Positions 13,427 to 26,256 of a DNA stretch of 64,000 bases are shown here, in pieces. Under the pieces are notes generated by a model. It saw nothing but the letters and a program-made list of their open reading frames with translations. It had not been told where the DNA came from and did no database searches. Made by a program: the position numbers and the translations under genes. The stretch is taken from assembly GCA_951406725.2 (NCBI GenBank), contig OX597819.1, positions 113,212,001 through 113,276,000 of the forward strand. Reading direction: 5' to 3'. The DNA comes from Octopus vulgaris (lineage: Eukaryota). The first letter of the stretch is position 1. Each line of letters begins with the position of its first letter.

Positions 13427-14040
13427 CAGGGCCAGATTAAGACCCATAGAGACCTTAAGCACTTAAAAGATTTTTGTGACCCCCCCCCCCCCCCGCCATC
13501 AGGACCGGGTCAAGGTATCAGCAACTCGGGTAGTCGCCAGGGGTGCCATGTGCTAGGGAGCCCCAAGGAGGGCATGACAAGGACAAGGGAATTTCATGAC
13601 CGTCAGTTTGTACACACCAAAGCTCAGCTTGCCAGGGGTGCCAGCAACCCTAGGGCCGGCCCAGCCCCCGCGCCATATATATGTAATTTAAGATATAAAC
13701 AATAATAAACCATAAAATATATATTTTTATTTTTCAAAACAAAACAAAACTAATATTAAGATGGAAATAATGTTTATTTTTGTATACTTTCATCTTATTT
13801 ATGTTTGGAAAGTTTTCTCCTGATTCTTGTAATTGCAAAGTCTTTGATCAGATCCTCACTATGACACCAAGGACACTTTAAAATAATATTTCCATTCATT
13901 AAACGATTTTCAATATTATTTTAACAAATTTAAAGTTATTTCTTTTGTACGGTAAACTATTTACCATTTCTGTGGTGCTCCACTCCTTCCCGTGATGCCC
14001 CAAGCAGTACTTATTTTGCTTAATGGTTAATCCAGCGCTG
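13427..14040. mobile_element. hAT (Tip100-like) non-autonomous element with a nested GC-rich MITE (13500-13664)
   Basis: TIRs cagggccagattaa / ttaatccagcgctg with an 8-bp TSD atgttccc/atgttcct; the inner element runs caggaccggg...ccggcccag. Confidence 0.7.
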
Positions 14041-14324
14041 ATGTTCCTCGACAGTTATCTTTTTTACTGTGCATCGAAGAAAAGTATTTTGGCTTTTTGA
14101 ACACCCTCTGACGAGACTAGAACCAACTATTTTGAGTTCTTTGTTGATGGGGTTTTTGTGTATATTACAGAGACTGAGGGCCCAGACAGGTTTGATAAAC
14201 TACGAGAGTCCAGTGCTGTTGCTGAACATCCTTAGGGTTTTTTTTTAATGTTTATCGGAACTGAGTAGGGAGCATAGAGCATGGCCGCAGTCAAATGACT
14301 GAAACAAGTAAAAGATAATGATGA

Positions 14325-14478
<154 letters not shown>

Positions 14479-14559
14479 ACGTGCAGCTCTATCACGGAAT
14501 AATGTAGATATATCACCTGTGATATCACCTGCCTATGAGGTTGTATGAATATGTCGTGA

Positions 14560-15210
14560 GGGTGTGAGAAATTCGTGGAGGTATGAATTTTAAAAAGAGT
14601 AGCTATTACGAGATGGATCTTTGTAAGATATAATTTGGGAAATTGCAGATTCCAGATACTAGAATTACCTACAGTACTTCTATGTTCCAGAAGTGCTGTA
14701 GATAATTCTAGTTTTAATTTGTCTTGTTTTTCTTTTCGTATTTGTATGTGTGATGCTGTTTACGTTCTTCGTTACGTAATGTATTTTATGCCTTTTTGGT
14801 GCTGTTAAGGAAGGAAGTAATGGAATTAATTGGAAGGTGCTACATTTTGACCGTTTGCCTGGAGTGCCAGGTTTTTAAGTGGTTGATTGTGATTTCAGCT
14901 GTATACGATGAAGATGTCTAATTGTTCCGTAAATGCATGGGAAGGTCGTGGATGAATAATTTAAAAAGAGTGGCTAGAAAGACAGATCATTGTTTCACGC
15001 CATTTCAGAAACTGGAGATTCTAGGTGTGTTGTTGCAGTACACTAAACAAGGTTGGTGACCCGTCCTCTTTGTTGTTTTTCAAGGGGTGTTCTTTAGCGC
15101 TTTGTTTATAAGTGGGTAGCGAGGACTGAAGTCAAATGTCTTGATGATGTCAATGGGAATTAAGGATGAGGCATGATGCACCGAGTCTATTGTTATGGAA
15201 TTTACACTTC
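14560..15210 (-). pseudogene. Decayed non-LTR retrotransposon (LINE) reverse transcriptase remnant
   Basis: The minus-strand frame around 15005-14885 reads NGVKQ*SVFLATLFKLFIHDLP...SYTAEITI, matching RT motifs GVPQGSVLSPxLFxxxxxDLP and YADD, with stop codons. Confidence 0.65.
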
Positions 15211-15231
15211 CACTTCCACTTTACACTTATA

Positions 15232-15622
15232 CCTGTTTCAGTCATTTGACTGTGGCCATGCTGGAGTACCGCCTTTAGTCGAACAAATCAACCCAAGGAC
15301 TTATTCTTTGTAAGCCTAGTACTTATTCTATCGGTCTCTTTTGCCGAACCGCTAAGTTACGGGGACTTAAACACACCCAGCATCGGTTGTCAAGCAATGC
15401 TAGGGGGACAAACACAGACACACAAACACATACACACACATATATATACATATATATACGACGGGATTCTTTCAGTTTCCGTCTACCAAATCCACTCACA
15501 AGGCTTTGGTCGGCTCGAGGCTATAGTAGAAGACACTTGCCCAAGGTGTCACGTAATAGGACTGAACCCGGAACCATCTGGTTGGTAAGCAAGCTCCTAA
15601 CCACACAGCCACTCCTGCGCCT
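15232..15622 (-). mobile_element. SINE family A
   Basis: Matches the family A consensus. Confidence 0.9.
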
Positions 15623-15945
15623 TGGGTAAAAATTTGGGTAAAAAAAAAAATCGATAGAAATGATGGTGCCAATGCTGTTGTTGCTGCGGCTTTAATTGTT
15701 GTTGAAGGGGTGGGTGCGATATTTAGCCCAGCTGGGTTTTGGGTGAGCCGAGCTAAGGTCTAAGGCATCGCAGCATAATTTTCTGTCAGACATTGCATGC
15801 GTCATCTCCTAATCCTAACTTGAGATTTTTTAAACGACATGATCAGATTTGAAGAACATCTATTTCTAGCAGATCGAGAGACCACGCAGAAATTACTTCG
15901 TTGACTAGTTGCTGTTATTGTTGTTATTTTTTCTTTTTTTTCTTG

Positions 15946-16142
15946 TATTTGTTTCAGTCATTTGACTGCGGCCATGCTGGAGCACCGCCTTTAGTCGACC
16001 CCAGGACTTATTCTTTGTAAGCCTAGTACTTATTCTATCGGTCTCTTTTGCCGAACCGCTAAGTTACGGGGACGTGAACACACCAACGTTGGTTGTCAAG
16101 CGATGGTGGGGGGGGGGGACAAAATCAGACACACAAACATAC

Positions 16143-16240
<98 letters not shown>

Positions 16241-16398
16241 GACGGGCTTCTTTCAGTTTCCGTCTACCAAATCCACTCGCAAGGCTTTATCGGCCCGAGG
16301 CTATAGTTAAAGATACTTGCCCAAGGTGCCACGCAGTGGGACTGAACCCGGAACTATGTGGTTGGTAAGCAAACTACTTACCATACAGCTACTCCTGC
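15946..16398 (-). mobile_element. SINE family A with an expanded internal (TA)n
   Basis: Matches the family A consensus; contains a TA tract of about 95 bp. Confidence 0.9.
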
Positions 16399-16757
16399 TT
16401 GTTGTTGTTGTTGTTGTTGGTCGTGGTGGTGGTGGCGGTGGTGGTGGTGAAAGCTATTAATGGTGCAATGGATGCTAGATTGATGGTGCGTGATTGCTGT
16501 TGAGGTGTTAGTATAGGTGATAGTTGTTTTTGTTGTTTTCTGCCTCACGTCAACCCTAATCACGCAGATCTACGATCAAAGACATTCCAACTATGACCAT
16601 TTCGTCTTTCTAACGGGATGTACGACTTCATGAAACAACGCGCTTTGCCTTTAAGAGAGGAGATGACGTAAGGGTGACTTGACTATTTTTTCTAGCAGAT
16701 GCAGATTCACGTATTGGCTCAGGGTTGTAAATAATGCTTTTGACCTTTCTATAATTG

Positions 16758-17330
16758 TGTGTGGTGGTGGTAGCGTTGGTAGAGGCGATGGTGGTGGAGG
16801 TGGGGGGTAGTGCTGGCGGCGGTGGGGTTGTTGTGGTAGCTGTGGTGGCGGCGATGGTGGTGAGTATTGTTGATAGTAGTGATGGTGGTGGTGGTGGTGG
16901 TGGTGGCGGTGGTGGTTGTGGAGGTGGCTGTGATGGTGGTAGTGTTGATAACAGTGATGACAATAGTGATGATGGTGGTGGTGGTAGTGGTGGTGGTGGT
17001 GGCGGCGGCGGTAGCGGTAGCGATGGTGGTAGCGGCGGCGGTGGTGGTAGCGGCGGCGGTGGTGTTGATTGTAGTGATAATGGTGTTAGCTTTGATGGTA
17101 ATAGCGATGGTAGTGGTATTGATGATAACGACTCGGATTCAATGACCGTAAAGTACTGTTAGTGTTTGAGCGTGTAATATTGGCGATTAGCCTCAGCAGT
17201 ATCAAATACCGTGACCGTCACATCATTTTCATTTTTAAAGACGTTAAGCTGGAATATCAAAATTTGGCTGTTATGTCTACCAGATCCAATGACTACGCAT
17301 ACGCAGGATGAAGAGGTGGTGAAAGAGGTT

Positions 17331-17380
<50 letters not shown>

Positions 17381-17434
17381 GATGGCGATGATGATGGCGA
17401 TGATGATGGCGATGATGATGGCGATGATGATGGC

Positions 17435-17473
<39 letters not shown>

Positions 17474-17640
17474 GATGATGATGATGATATGATGATGACA
17501 TGTGACAATGGTTGTGATGACGGCAACAATGACAGTGACGTCGATGGTGGTACCAATAATAATGATGATGATGATGATGTCGACGATGACGAAGGTGATG
17601 TTGGTGCTGGTGCTGGTGATGGCATGATCTCGATCGTGAT
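16758..17640. repeat. Low-complexity (GGT/GGC/GAT)n trinucleotide region, including (ATG)n with periodic GCG
   Basis: Directly visible; explains the poly-G/V/M/H ORFs. Confidence 0.9.
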
Positions 17641-18214
17641 GTAGTGGATGGCATTAGATGGGCAATAATTTGCTTTGTTCTGTTTTTGCTTTCATTTTTT
17701 CGTTTTTTTTTTTTTTTCATGTAGCACATGTCACACAACGAAGGACGTGACACATTCTAAAGGTATCACATGCCGAAGCTGAAGTGATTGGTCCATCATC
17801 CCTAAATATCACACATCACACTCTCTGATAAATTCTTTTTCCTTCTCACACCTCACGTCAGAGAAAAGAATAATGAACGCACCCCCAACCACACACACAC
17901 ACACACATACACAACACATACACACACATACACAACACATACACACACACATACACAGACAGATATGAAAGCACATGCACACAAACATGTGACTAGCATG
18001 AAAAACATGTGTCTCTGCATGTGTATGTATATGTGTGTGTATACATATACATATACACCCAGCGACATTTAAATGCGTATATATATACGCACATTTATAT
18101 ACACATCTACATACATATATATACACACACATGTATATATGTGTATATAAATATGTATGTGTGTGTATTGACACATATGCACACGCACACACTATATATT
18201 TTTACATAATATAC

Positions 18215-18708
18215 GCGGATGTGTGGAAAGAAGTTTGCTTCCTAACCACACCGGTCTGAGTTCAGTCCCACTGCGTTGCACCTTGGGCAAGTGTCTTCTA
18301 CTATAATCTCGGTCCGACCAAAGCCTTGTGAGTGGATTATAGTAAGCGGAAACGAAAAGAAGCCCGACGTATATATATATAAGTATATGTATATTCCCTC
18401 CTCCTTCCTTTTCTTTTGGACTTTCCTATGTCTCCTGTTTCCGAAGAAGAGCTTTGCTCAAAACGTAAAACAACCACTCTTTCTTTCCTTCTCAGAGCGT
18501 CTTATTAATATTTTGGACGTACCACGTCCTCGCGTTATTGTTTTTGTCCTGTCTTTTATCATCGTTGTTTTTTCATTTGCTTACGAACCGTATGGTTCCG
18601 GGTTCAGTCCCACTGCGTGGCACCTAGGGCAAGTGTCTTCTACTATTGCCTCGGGCCGACCAAAGCTTTGTGAGTGGATTTGGTAGACGGAAACTGAAAG
18701 AAGCCCGT

Positions 18709-18741
<33 letters not shown>

Positions 18742-18815
18742 ATGTGTGTATGTGTGTGTGTGTATGTGTGAGTATGTGTGTGTGCGTGTGTGTGTGTGTG
18801 TGTGCGTGTGTGTAC
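18215..18815 (+). mobile_element. Two 5' halves of SINE family A separated by a Penelope-like terminal fragment (about 18395-18575)
   Basis: The family A head occurs twice; the middle carries ttccgaagaagagctttgctcaaaacgtaaaa and acgtcctcgcgtt, also seen at 59245-59345. Confidence 0.65.
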
Positions 18816-18913
18816 ACAATAAGATATTAAACTATATTAATATATTAAAACTATATCACATATACTATAATATAGGTGGCTCGTTAACAATTAAAACCTA
18901 AAGGCAAGATATG

Positions 18914-18959
<46 letters not shown>

Positions 18960-19454
18960 GAGAAAGAGAAAGAGAGAAAGGGAGAGGGAGAGAGAGAGGG
19001 GTGACTCCAGGTCATTAGCGTCACTCGGGGTCATCACAGATTTCCCATAAGATACTCGAAGAATTTCACATTTTCCCGCATTATTTCTAAGCTCTAAAAT
19101 GGCTAATAATTGTATGTCTTTCTCCGTTTCTTAGTTACAGGTAAAAATAAAACAACCCTGCAAAACACAGCTGATCTTTACACACAGACGCACAAAATAA
19201 CGGCAATCAAATAACGGCATCGGAGGTCAGAACAAACATCAGCAATCTGACTGTCACCTATACTCTTGACAAGAGATGCCAATTATAATACAACGCAAAG
19301 AAATATATTTCTCCCTCTCTCACATTTTATAGAATAAAAGAAGTTTGTTAAACAAAATGGCTATGCTAGTAGTTTTAAAAATAAAACGAAGGAAAAAAAA
19401 AGCCAAAGAGAACTCAGAATAGATGTGAAATCAATACACGAGAAAACTCCGTTG

Positions 19455-19745
19455 GAGATGTTTCACAGACTTGTACTTTCAGAAGAGTTCTTGGATGAAG
19501 ATCCTGCCACTATCCGAAGAACAAGGAAGATTATATTGCCGCAAAAAGGATTAAAAAATATCATTGCTAAGTTTAGCAACAGTTAATGACCATGTTGAAT
19601 GAGGCGCAGGGTTTGTTTTGATTCAAGATGCTACAAAATCAGAATGTTTCAAAAATGAACAGCATCATTAGTTTGCTCTCCAAGTTTCTGAGGCAAAACG
19701 CCAATACTTCCCTGATTCAAATAAATCTGTCCTTCTAAGCAAATA
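19455..19745 (+). pseudogene. Decayed DNA transposase C-terminal remnant (hATm/cc8K15.2-like)
   Basis: Frameshifted translation FHRLVLSEEFLDEDP..EDYIAAKRI..LATVNDHVE*G..LIQD..FALQVSEAKRQYFPDSNKSVL resembles the VNDxAERGVxLIxD...LQVVExxRxxFPDxxKS motif. The superfamily is recalled from memory, not searched. Confidence 0.45.
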
Positions 19746-19989
19746 AACAACGGGTTATGATGGCTAAAGAAATCAATGTTTTTCAGTTTCCTTGGAAAAT
19801 AACTATTGTCTTATTTTATTACTTAGCTAATTCGTAAAATTAATTTTTCTTTAGATGATTCATAGTTTTTTAAAGAATGAAACGTTTTGAAAGATTTAAA
19901 AGGCCGAAATTTAAATTTCAATGCCAAAACATAACTTTTTAAAGAAAACAATTCTTCCTCTGAAGTTTTCAAGACAAGCACTGATACTA

Positions 19990-20460
19990 AAGGCGTTAAG
20001 CTGACAGAATGGCTAGCGAGCCGGACAAAATATTTGGCAGCATTTTTTCCGGCTGTCCATGTACTGAGTTCAGATTCCACCGAGGTCCATTTTGCTTATC
20101 ATTCTTTCGGGGTCGATAAAGTAAGTATCAACTGTGTACTGCGGTCGATATAATCGATTATCTTCTTCCTTTACACTTACAGGCCTTGACCAAGATTTGA
20201 AACTATTATAAAGGTGGCGAATAAGGCGGCGAGCTGGCGAACTCGTTAACATGACGGACAAAATACGTAGTGGTATCTCGTCCATCTTTACGTTCTTACT
20301 TCAAATTCCGCCGTGGTCGACTTTGCCATTCATTCGTTCGAAGTCGATAAAATAAATACCAGTTGAGCAATGGGGAATGTGGCGGGTGGGGGGAGTAATC
20401 GACTAACCCCTACCTACCTCTCACCATCACAAAAAGATTTCAGGCCCTGTACCTATCTTA
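19990..20460 (+). mobile_element. Two SINE family B' copies
   Basis: gagctggcga..gttcaaattccgccg.ggtcgactttgcc core. Confidence 0.7.
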
Positions 20461-20463
20461 GAG

Positions 20464-20745
20464 TGGAGGCACATGGCCTAGTGGTTAGAGCCGCGGACTT
20501 GCAGTTGAGGGATCGCGGGTTCGAATCTCAGACCGGGCGATGTGTGTGTTTATGAGCGAAAAAACCTAAGCTCTACGCGACTCCGACAGAAGGTAATGGC
20601 GAACTTCTGCTGATTCTTTCCTCCTGCATCGTGCAGCTCACCTGCGAAGGACCGGCGTCCCGTCCAGGTGGGAACATATACGCCAAGGAAACCGGGAAAC
20701 CGGCCCTTATGAACCAGGTGTGGCTCAAGAAGGAACAAACAACAA
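20464..20745 (+). mobile_element. SINE family C, full length
   Basis: tRNA-like head plus the same tail as 6560-6862. Confidence 0.8.
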
Positions 20746-21372
20746 CCTATCTTAGAAAGGATTATCAAGGTGTCAAACTGGTAGAATATTTAGCGAACTA
20801 GGCAAAAAGGCTGAGCGTTATTTCTTCCCGATCTTTACGTTTTGAGTTCAAATCCGCCGAGGTTAGTTTTGCCTTTCATCCCTTCACAATCGATAAAATA
20901 AAGTATCAGTCAAGTAGCGGGGCGGGGTGGGGGTCGATGTAATCATCATGTCCCCTCCTCACAAAATTCCTGACCTTCAGCCCTGCAACGACTGGCACCC
21001 TTTTCAGAGATAATGTGATCTCGGTCTCTTATACACCCATGGAAACCGAGTGACCACCCTTATGAACGCTAGGACTCAAGAAAAATAGAAAAAAGCAATA
21101 CTAAAGTATAAATTTGATTACAATATTTTGCTTTGTATGTTTTTGGTGGGTTTTTTCTTTGATTTTTTTTTTCTGTAGAAGACGGGTTATCTTGTTTGAT
21201 TTGAAACCTTACAGTCAGAGAGTAAAGCTTCATTTTGAGTCTTCTCTTTCAGTGAGGATCGATAAAGATTTTCACAAAGTATTTGTGCATCTTTAGAAAT
21301 TTCGACATTTACCTAAATTTGACGGACCTTCAAATATTATCTGACTTTTTATATTGATATTTTAAACAGCTT

Positions 21373-21958
21373 AAGGCGGCGTGCTGACAGAATCGTTAGC
21401 ACGTCGGCCGAAGTGCTTAGTGACATTTCGTACGTCTTCACGATCTGAGTTCAAATTCCGCCGTGGTCGACATTGCCTTTCATCCTTTCGAGGTATTTGA
21501 TAAGTACCTGATCGAATTATCCCACCTCTGCTCCCAAATATTTGGCTCTGTGCCAAAATTGAAAATCAATATTATAGGCGTAGAAGTGGATGTGTAGTAA
21601 GTAGCTTGCTTACGAACCACATGCTTCCGGGTTCAGTCCCACTGCGTGGCACCTTGGGCAAGTGTCTTCTACTATAGCCTCGGGCCGACCAAAGCCTTGT
21701 GAGTGGATTTGGTAGACGGAAACTGAAAGAAGCCGTCGTATATATGTACATATGTGTGTCTGTGTTTGTCGCCCCTCCCCCCACATCGCTTGACAACCGA
21801 TGCTGGTGTATTTACGTCCCCGTAACTTAGCGGTTCGGCAAAAGAACCGATAGAATAAGTACTAGGCTTACGAAAAATAAGTCCCGGGGTCGATTTGCTC
21901 GACTAAAGGCGGTGCTCCACCATAGCCACAGTCAAATGACTGAAACAAGTAAAAGAGT
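21373..21958 (+). mobile_element. SINE family B' (21373-21570) followed by family A (21575-21958)
   Basis: Both match their consensus. Confidence 0.85.
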
Positions 21959-22441
21959 ATTTTAAACAGCTTTTTTTTTTTTTCATAGACTTCTGGAGAA
22001 AGTGTGTGTGTGTGGGTGTGTGGGTGTGCGCGCACACATATATTCACATATAGATTGTGCGTAGATTTGGCAGATGGAAATTGAAAGAAGCCTGTTATAT
22101 ATATTATATATACACATGTATTTGTGTGTTTCTTTGCGTGCATGTTTGTTTCCCGCTCCCGATAGAAAACCCGTGCTGGTTTGTTTGCGTCCCCGTAACT
22201 TGGCGGTTCGCAGGCTTAAAAAAATACTAAAGCCGATTCATTCGACTAACCCTTTCAAGACAGTGCCCCAGCATGACCACAGCTCAATGACTGAAACAAA
22301 TAGACAGATAAAGGAAACCTGCACAAGACATTTGCACACACGCAAACACGTATGCACACACGCCCGCGTGTACACACACATTTACATATGTATGTATGTG
22401 TGTGTGTGTATGAACAGGCATTATACATATCCATATATATT

Positions 22442-22479
<38 letters not shown>

Positions 22480-22509
22480 TACTTTTAATTTTTTTGAACA
22501 TTTTACCTG

Positions 22510-22870
22510 CTACACTCATTAGACTGAGCCATGCTGGAGCACTGCTTTGAAGAATGAATCGATTCCAGTCCGTTTTTTAAGCCTGGTACTTATTCAATGA
22601 TCTCTTTTGTCGAACTGCTAAGTTACGGGGACATAAACACACCAACACCGGTTGTCAAGCGGTGGTGGGAGAACAAACACAGGCAGAAAGACACACACAC
22701 ACGCATATATATATACTTTCAGTTTCTGTCAACCAAATCCACTCATAAGGCTTTGGTCGGCCCGAGGCCATAGTAGAAGACACTTGCCCAAGGTGCCATG
22801 CAGTGGGACCGAACCCGGAACCACGTGGCTGGGAAGCAAGCTCCATGTCACACAGCCACGCCTGCACCTA
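22510..22870 (-). mobile_element. SINE family A (diverged)
   Basis: Matches the consensus; inverted relative to the copy at 21575. Confidence 0.8.
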
Positions 22871-23029
22871 TATATATACATATATGAGCTTCATCTTCCT
22901 GTCCATTTATGTCTATATATCCAGCTTCCTCTTTCTCTTCATCTTTCCATATCCAACACTCTCCCAGATTTCCCCCCCTCTTCTTCTTACACACCTCCCT
23001 CTCCCCCTCTTCACGTGAAGCCGATAGTT

Positions 23030-24386
23030 TGGAGCAATCACAAACCGCGCATGCCTTCAGCAGCAGAATCAACTTGACCAATGAAAACGCTGGAATTCTA
23101 CTACGAATCACATATGGCAAATTCATCTCTCATCTCTGCTTCCTTACATTTTTTTTCCTCCTTTTATTTCCATTTTTTGTTTGTATTTTTGTTTTGTTTT
23201 TCCATCATTGTCAGACACCTTTAAGTTGCGTGTTCGTTAATGTGTAAGTGTGAGAGTATATGCGAGGAAGAAAGAAAGAGATGGCGCCCAAACAGACTTT
23301 CGCATGCTAAGAAATAGTAAACGAACATAGAAATAAATGAAGTGCCGAGCACCAACCAGACAGCTAGCCTTGCCTGCAGCCTGCTAAGCTTGTCACTCAC
23401 ACACGCACAAACACACAGACACATGCACACATAACACACGCGCGCTCTCATCTCTCCGATTCACTCATCCCCCTCCTACTACATTATCCTGCCTTACTCT
23501 TTCTTTCTTTCTTATTTCTCTATTTTGTGTACAACTGTGTTTTATTCTCTCTCTCTTTCCCTCCCCTTCCCTTGTCTTTCTTTCTTTCTTTCTGCCTGCC
23601 TCTCTGTCACAGACGGCAGCCAGCTTCTCTCATTTGCTGCGTGAAGGAGTTCGGTTGTACAACCAAACGAAACAGCCTCACGGTAAAAGCTACTGAAAGA
23701 AGGGGCAAAGAAAATTGCAAAGTAGCTTAGTAGACACAACCATAAATAAAACTCCCCAAACAAGAAGGAGTTAAACCTTCAAACAGTAAAATTAATTAGA
23801 ACAAAAAAGGGGGATACAAAGCAACTCCCGTTTATCCCCTCGGCCAAGAATTTTCTCACGTTGAGCAATTTTTAAAACTTTTCTGTAATAAGAAAAAATA
23901 TTTCAAAGGCTCATTTACTTCGTTGAGTGAATTCAGGCAAAGTGAAAACCCGACTGGATTATCTCTATTATCATTATATATGCATTTATACATATATTCA
24001 TATAGATATACATATAAATATATATATATGCACACACAAGCAAACTTCGGTAATTTAATTTAATTGAAAATTGACGAAAATCAGCAAGATTCGAAAGATA
24101 GAGTTATCATCTTTATTTACACGGGAAAATTACAGAATTATATAGTTCTTTAATTATTTTGAGGTTATATTCTGCTTGTGATGTTCATCTGAGCAAAAGA
24201 AGAGAAAAAAAAAAAAACCCTTAGCATAATCACTAAATTTCTGCATACATCTAATGCGATATATAAACATATAAAATTTCTCCTCCTCCCTCTTCTCTGC
24301 TGTACACACATACACACATAGATTTAGCGCTTTAAGTACACTGTATAACAAAGCTGTCACCGTTAGAAAGTTAGTGAAACCGAAAG
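23030..24386 (+). promoter_or_regulatory. Putative promoter/5'UTR region of the SBSPON-like gene
   Basis: SINE-free 1.3 kb immediately upstream of the ATG, with a CCAAT box (gaccaatga, about 23076-23084) and a pyrimidine-rich tract. The TSS cannot be located from sequence. Confidence 0.35.
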
Positions 24387-24684
24387 ATGATGAAGTCGAC
24401 AAAATGTTTGGCTTTCTTTCTCGCGCTGTTCTGTGCGGCTGGATATCTCGTGGATTTTGTGGAATGCAGTTGTCAACAGCATAACCTCTGCTGCAACGGA
24501 CGGGACAATACATGTTGGACATACGGAGAACCGAGAAACGCGGCAAATCTAACAGTTTCACAGGAAAATGACACTCTGGATGAAAGCGCCGACGTTATAT
24601 CGAAACCACAACGTCGATGTTTCTGTGACGAAGGCTGTTCCCAGTTAAACGACTGTTGCACGGATTACACCTATGTGTGTCGGC
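24387..24684 (+). CDS. SBSPON: First coding exon of a secreted somatomedin-B/thrombospondin-1 domain protein (SBSPON/RPE-spondin-like): signal peptide plus SMB-like domain
   Basis: The ATG is in aagATGa context with an in-frame TGA 12 nt upstream. A hydrophobic signal peptide (MMKSTKCLAFFLALFCAAG) precedes the Cys pattern C..LCCNGRDNTC...CFCDEGCSQLNDCCTDY..VC, which matches the SBSPON N-terminal domain (CCxGRDxxC...CxCDxxCxxxxDCCxDY). A canonical donor GTGAGT at 24685 gives a phase-1 intron, typical before a TSP1 module. The gene symbol is a family-level call; TINAGL-like is a less likely alternative. Confidence 0.85.
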
Positions 24685-25982
24685 GTGAGTAGACCTTCAT
24701 TTCATTTTCATTTACTTGATTTCGCTATCATTACTATTGTCTCGCACTTACGCTCCAGTCGTGACAATCACGAAGGAAAAGAGTAGTTTGCTTTAATTTT
24801 TTTTTTTTTTGCTTTTTAAATATTCCCATGCTTTATAAAACGGAAATTACGATTCAAAAAAAATAATTTTTTAAAATTTTTACATTTTTACACCCCCATC
24901 TCATTTTCGTACCTTTTCCCTTCTCCATGAGGTATGGGATTTCATGAGACAGCTATTCTAAACATTCCACTGTTTTTAGGGGTACCTAGGACCACATTAT
25001 CTAAAGTTCTTTCATTTTAAAAACAGATGTGGCTGCTATTTCTAGCAGGCCGAGCGATCACGTTTTCGTTGTTTTTTGACCTCAGGTCATCCTTCATCCA
25101 GCAAACTTTTGAAGAAAGGCATCAAGTCGTGGCCATCCTCTCTTTTTTGTAAGTGCATCTAAGACTACATCAGTTTAATGTGACTCCTCGTTGTTTAAGA
25201 TAACGGGCTATAATTTACGGAAGATTTGGCTGCTCTTTTTAGCAAGCCGGGTTACTTTGTTGAGGCTCCCTTTTCCTGCTCTTTCATATCCATCCATATA
25301 TAGTGTTTAGTGTCACTATTGAATTCGGCCCCTTGCTTGATTTATTTTTTTTGCTTTCCTGTATATCAGGAGCCAGCAAAGATCACTCTCTTCCTCCCTC
25401 TCTCTCCATCCATATATATATGTGTGTGTATGTATGTTGAGAGAGAGCAAGTAAGCAAGCGGTAACCTTCAAGTAATAGTTGGCTCCCCACCGCGAACAG
25501 TAAACCCTTTCGCTTCATTTACTTGGGAAAGGCATGAATGTAACACAATCATATCACCTCCGACCATCGTCTGCATCTAAGTAATAAATTATTATTACCA
25601 CTCCCCGTATTGATTAAAAGTAAGGATCTTGATTGAAGAGCCCCTATATCTCTATCTACTTACGCTCATTGGGGCGGGGAAAGGGTGTTTATTTATTTAT
25701 TTATTTATTGAAATTTATAAAGGGGATCACCGCAACTCGAGGGTAAATTTCTATACAGAAAATATCGGACAACGGCGGAGAGAGGGGAGAAGTCAACAAC
25801 GCGACAGTCAGTAGGTTACTGGGTATTGTCTTTAATAATATTATTGTTGACATAATGGACACCCTAGTGTGATACATATATAGAGATATTTGTCACCTTT
25901 AGGTCCCGAGTTCAAATCATGCTGCAGCCAACTTTTTTTTTTTTTTTTTTGCTTTTTATTCAATTAAGGTGTATAAAAAAAG

Positions 25983-26256
25983 GGTACTACTTAAGAACAG
26001 TGGTCCCGGTGCGCGCACTCGCTTACTCGCGCATCCGCGCTAGCTAGTCATGACTAGTCGATCCTTACTTTGTGCTTTTGTGTTTTATTTACTTTGTTTA
26101 ACAAAAATTATTCGTGTAAAAAAAATGATTTATTTTGTGTTTTATTTACTTTGCTAGGTAGTCGTTGTAGGATCGACTAGTCACGACTAGCTAGCGCGGA
26201 TGCGCGAGTACGCGAGTGCGCGCACCGGGACGGGACCACTGTTCTTAAGTAGTACC
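25983..26256. mobile_element. MITE with CpG-rich TIRs of about 85 bp (Merlin/MULE-like)
   Basis: Arms 25983-26065 and 26169-26256 are near-perfect reverse complements starting GGTAC; 9-bp flanking repeat taaaaaaag/taaaagaag. Confidence 0.85.

Noticed and set aside
15387-15629. Recurrent ORFs ending RLWSARGYSRRHLPKV / [11 protein letters not shown] seen many times in the track
   Set aside because: These are antisense translations of SINE family A, not a gene family.
16628-17753. Gly-, Val-, Met-, His- and Pro-rich ORFs
   Set aside because: These are open in several frames on both strands because they are triplet repeats.
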